A stretch of DNA of 64,000 nt. Source: Lama guanicoe. Its lineage: Eukaryota. Shown here one piece after another: positions 61,650-64,000 of the stretch (within the stretch, counting starts at the first letter, position 1; the number at the start of each line of letters is the position of its first letter). The notes below the pieces were generated by a model. It saw only the letters and a program-made list of their open reading frames with translations, was not told the DNA's origin and did not search any database. The stretch is taken from the NCBI GenBank assembly GCA_013239625.1, contig MU053379.1:1966866-2030865 (forward strand), written 5' to 3'. A program made the position numbers and the translations under genes.

Positions 61650-62445
61650 TGTTATTTGTGGATAACATACTTATATACCTAGAAAATTGTAAGACTCTGT
61701 GGGTAATCTCTTAAAATCAATAAAAAGTTTTAAGTGATCAGGTACAAGTTAAACACACAGACATCAGTAGCTTCCCCAAATATTCATAGTGACCAGTTAG
61801 CAGGTACACCTCATCTTTTACTCAGGTCATATCAATAAAAAGTCGTAACGAGGAAGGGAGGGTGTAGCTCAGTGGTAGAGCACGTGCGTAGCAGGCACGA
61901 GGTCCTGGGTTCAATCCCCAGTCCCTCCCTTAAAATAAACAAATAAATACATAACCTAATTGCCTCCCCCCAGAAAATAATAATATATTAACTAAGATTG
62001 ACTTTAACAGTGCACAACCTTTAAAGGAAACACTTCAACATGTATGTCAATACATATGAAAATATTTTATAAATAGGTGTTCTTAGGTAGAAAACAGAAA
62101 CTTATTTCTAAGTCATCTTTCCAATTTAATGTAAAAATCTATAAGATTTATTTTTGGATTTACCTGAAGCCCTGAAAGTATTTTGAAGAAGAGCAATGAA
62201 GGAACAGTTTTTCCCTACTCTATATGGAAATGTGTTTTACATTCTATTAAAGCCGCATCCTTGAACCAGACAGGTGAGTGGTACACAGGAGACGGCGCGA
62301 AACTGCCATTAGGACGTGAGCCTAATCGCTAGCAAAGGAGACAGGCCTGACCGAGGCAGAAGGGACGGGTTTTTAGCAAAGTGTGTGGGGAAACTCGCAA
62401 ATCGCTGGGGAAGACTACGGTCAGATTTACGCCTGACCACATGTA
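61650..62445 (+). mobile_element. Ancient L1 ORF2 fragment (RT and downstream), interrupted by a SINE
   Basis: ttatttgtggataacatacttatatacctagaaaat translates LFVDNILIYLEN, resembling L1 RT LFADDMIVYLEN; later ttgaagaagagcaatgaagga. Confidence 0.7.
61856..61986 (+). mobile_element. tRNA-Ala-derived SINE (camelid Vic-1 type)
   Basis: gggagggtgtagctcagtggtagagc...gaggtcctgggttcaatccccag...aaataaac...aacctaatt.cctcccc, then an A-rich tail. Confidence 0.9.
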
Positions 62446-62724
62446 AGGTCCTCCTTCCTCTCCCACTGCTCTGTCAGACCCCGAAGTGCACTCACAAGCT
62501 GGGAGTGGACGCCAGCTGCCCTCCCAGCCTCCTTCTTGCTGGCCTTGCGGCTGGTCGTGGGGATGCCCTTGGAAGTCCACTTTGATGAGCAGTGGCTATA
62601 AACCCAGGATGCTGGGGCTTCAGTCGTCAAGTCTGAGCTCGCCTCAGATGCAGATCCTGTCCTGATCAAAGGCAGAGCTGAAGGCAGTCCTGGTGTTCCT
62701 ACCACCTGGCACGTGACTTGAGTT

Positions 62725-63010
62725 ATAAAACAGAGACCCCGACGCAGAACGCAGAACTGTGAGACTCCTAGAAGATAACATGGGAGCAAATCCATCCGGC
62801 CTCGGATCTGGTGATAACTTTTAAGATGCAGCTCCCAAAACACAATCCGTGGCAGGAAAAAAATGGTAAGTTGGACTTGATTAAAATGGAAGGCTTTGGC
62901 TTGGCGAAGGACACTGTTAAGAGGATAGAAAGATAAGCCCCACACTGGGAGAAAGGCTTTGCAAAACCCAGCTGTGATAAAGGACTGGATCCAGAATATG
63001 GGAAATTGTA
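62725..63010 (+). mobile_element. Old L1 ORF2 C-terminal fragment, GC-shifted
   Basis: aactgtgagactcctagaagataacatgggag...taagttggacttgattaaaat...gacactgttaagaggat...actgggagaaa...tgataaaggactg. Confidence 0.8.
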
Positions 63011-64000
63011 CATGGTACTGCTGGTGAGAACCGGGTGAGCGTGGAGACGGCTGCTTCAGAGGCGGAGGGGACTGTGATTGAGACCCTGTGGCCCTTGTTG
63101 AGGAGGTTTTGGGGTGTCATCCCCCATAATTATGGAAACCACTCAAGGAAACACAAAGACACCCCCCCCCAAGGAGGGATCAGAGCAGTGCACGCTTGCT
63201 CATCCTCCTTCTCTCTCTCTCTGTCACCTTCCTGACTCTTCTGGGCACCACATGGGACTTTTAGGAGCTGTGAGTCAGGCACAAATAGCATCGCAAGGTA
63301 AGGACTCCTTCCTGCGGGGGAGCCCACAGGGCATATGCAGGGACACGGACGGGCACACAGCTGTGGAGCATTTAGAGCATCCTGGCAGGGACTGTGGTCG
63401 CCCTAGTTGGCGGTTGAACTGGGACAAGGTTATTATCCGAGCAGAGGGGAGCAGGAGAGATTGGAAGAGGAGGTAGTATAGCTGGAGAAACATCTTGTCA
63501 TCAGTGCCCAACCAGGTGGCCCCCTTAAGGACCTGTCCCCGGTGGTATTGGGGTGAAGAGGAGCTGGTGGGTAAGAGCAGCCGGCCTCCTGTGGACTTGG
63601 AAGCCTGCCGGCCAGGAGCTGGGGCCCGCCTAGGGAAGCCGCGTGATTCCAGATCTTCTGTCCGGAACCTGTGTAGGAGCTGCTGCCATTTATAGAAACA
63701 ACGAAGGCGGGAGAAAGAGGCAGGGGTTTGCGGCTGGAGAGCCCTGCAGGGAGCCGACTGCCAGCTTTAGCTGTCGGGAAGCTAAGTCCACAAAAAGGAA
63801 GGATTTTAATAGCAGGTTAATTAGTTACCTGGAGATATTTTTGAGTTACAGGGTTTCTCTTTTACAGCATGTGTGTGTGTTAAAGAATTCTTCAGAGAAA
63901 GAATGGTGCTTCACCCAGAGTTAAGAATCTCAAGTACCCTGGTTCTTGGATGGGGGGTAGTTTCAGCCAAGGGGCCAGCCAGCTCCTTCTGTCAGGAGGA

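Overview
Mammalian genomic DNA, very probably from a camelid (alpaca/llama/camel). The assignment rests on three tRNA-Ala-derived SINEs of the Vic-1 type plus several young artiodactyl-type LINE-1 3' ends. The window is GC-rich and unusually CpG-rich, and looks intronic or intergenic. I could not recognise any host protein-coding exon, intact transposon ORF, true RNA gene, CRISPR array or endogenous viral ORF. A large share is decayed interspersed repeat: L1 of several ages, L2, MIR, LTR16/MLT LTRs, MER3/MER5/MER63, and a Tigger1 deletion derivative. The most distinctive signal is local A/T-to-G/C rewriting of some repeat copies, clearest at about 13.4 kb, consistent with fossil GC-biased gene conversion hotspots. 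Also present are a nested L1 with a twin-priming 5' inversion, a 3'-truncated L1 with target-site duplications (TSDs), and a few short splice-site-defined exon candidates that do not chain into a known protein. I found no evidence of a new biological system. Repeat subfamily names are from memory of consensus sequences, and boundaries of old repeats are approximate (tens of bp).
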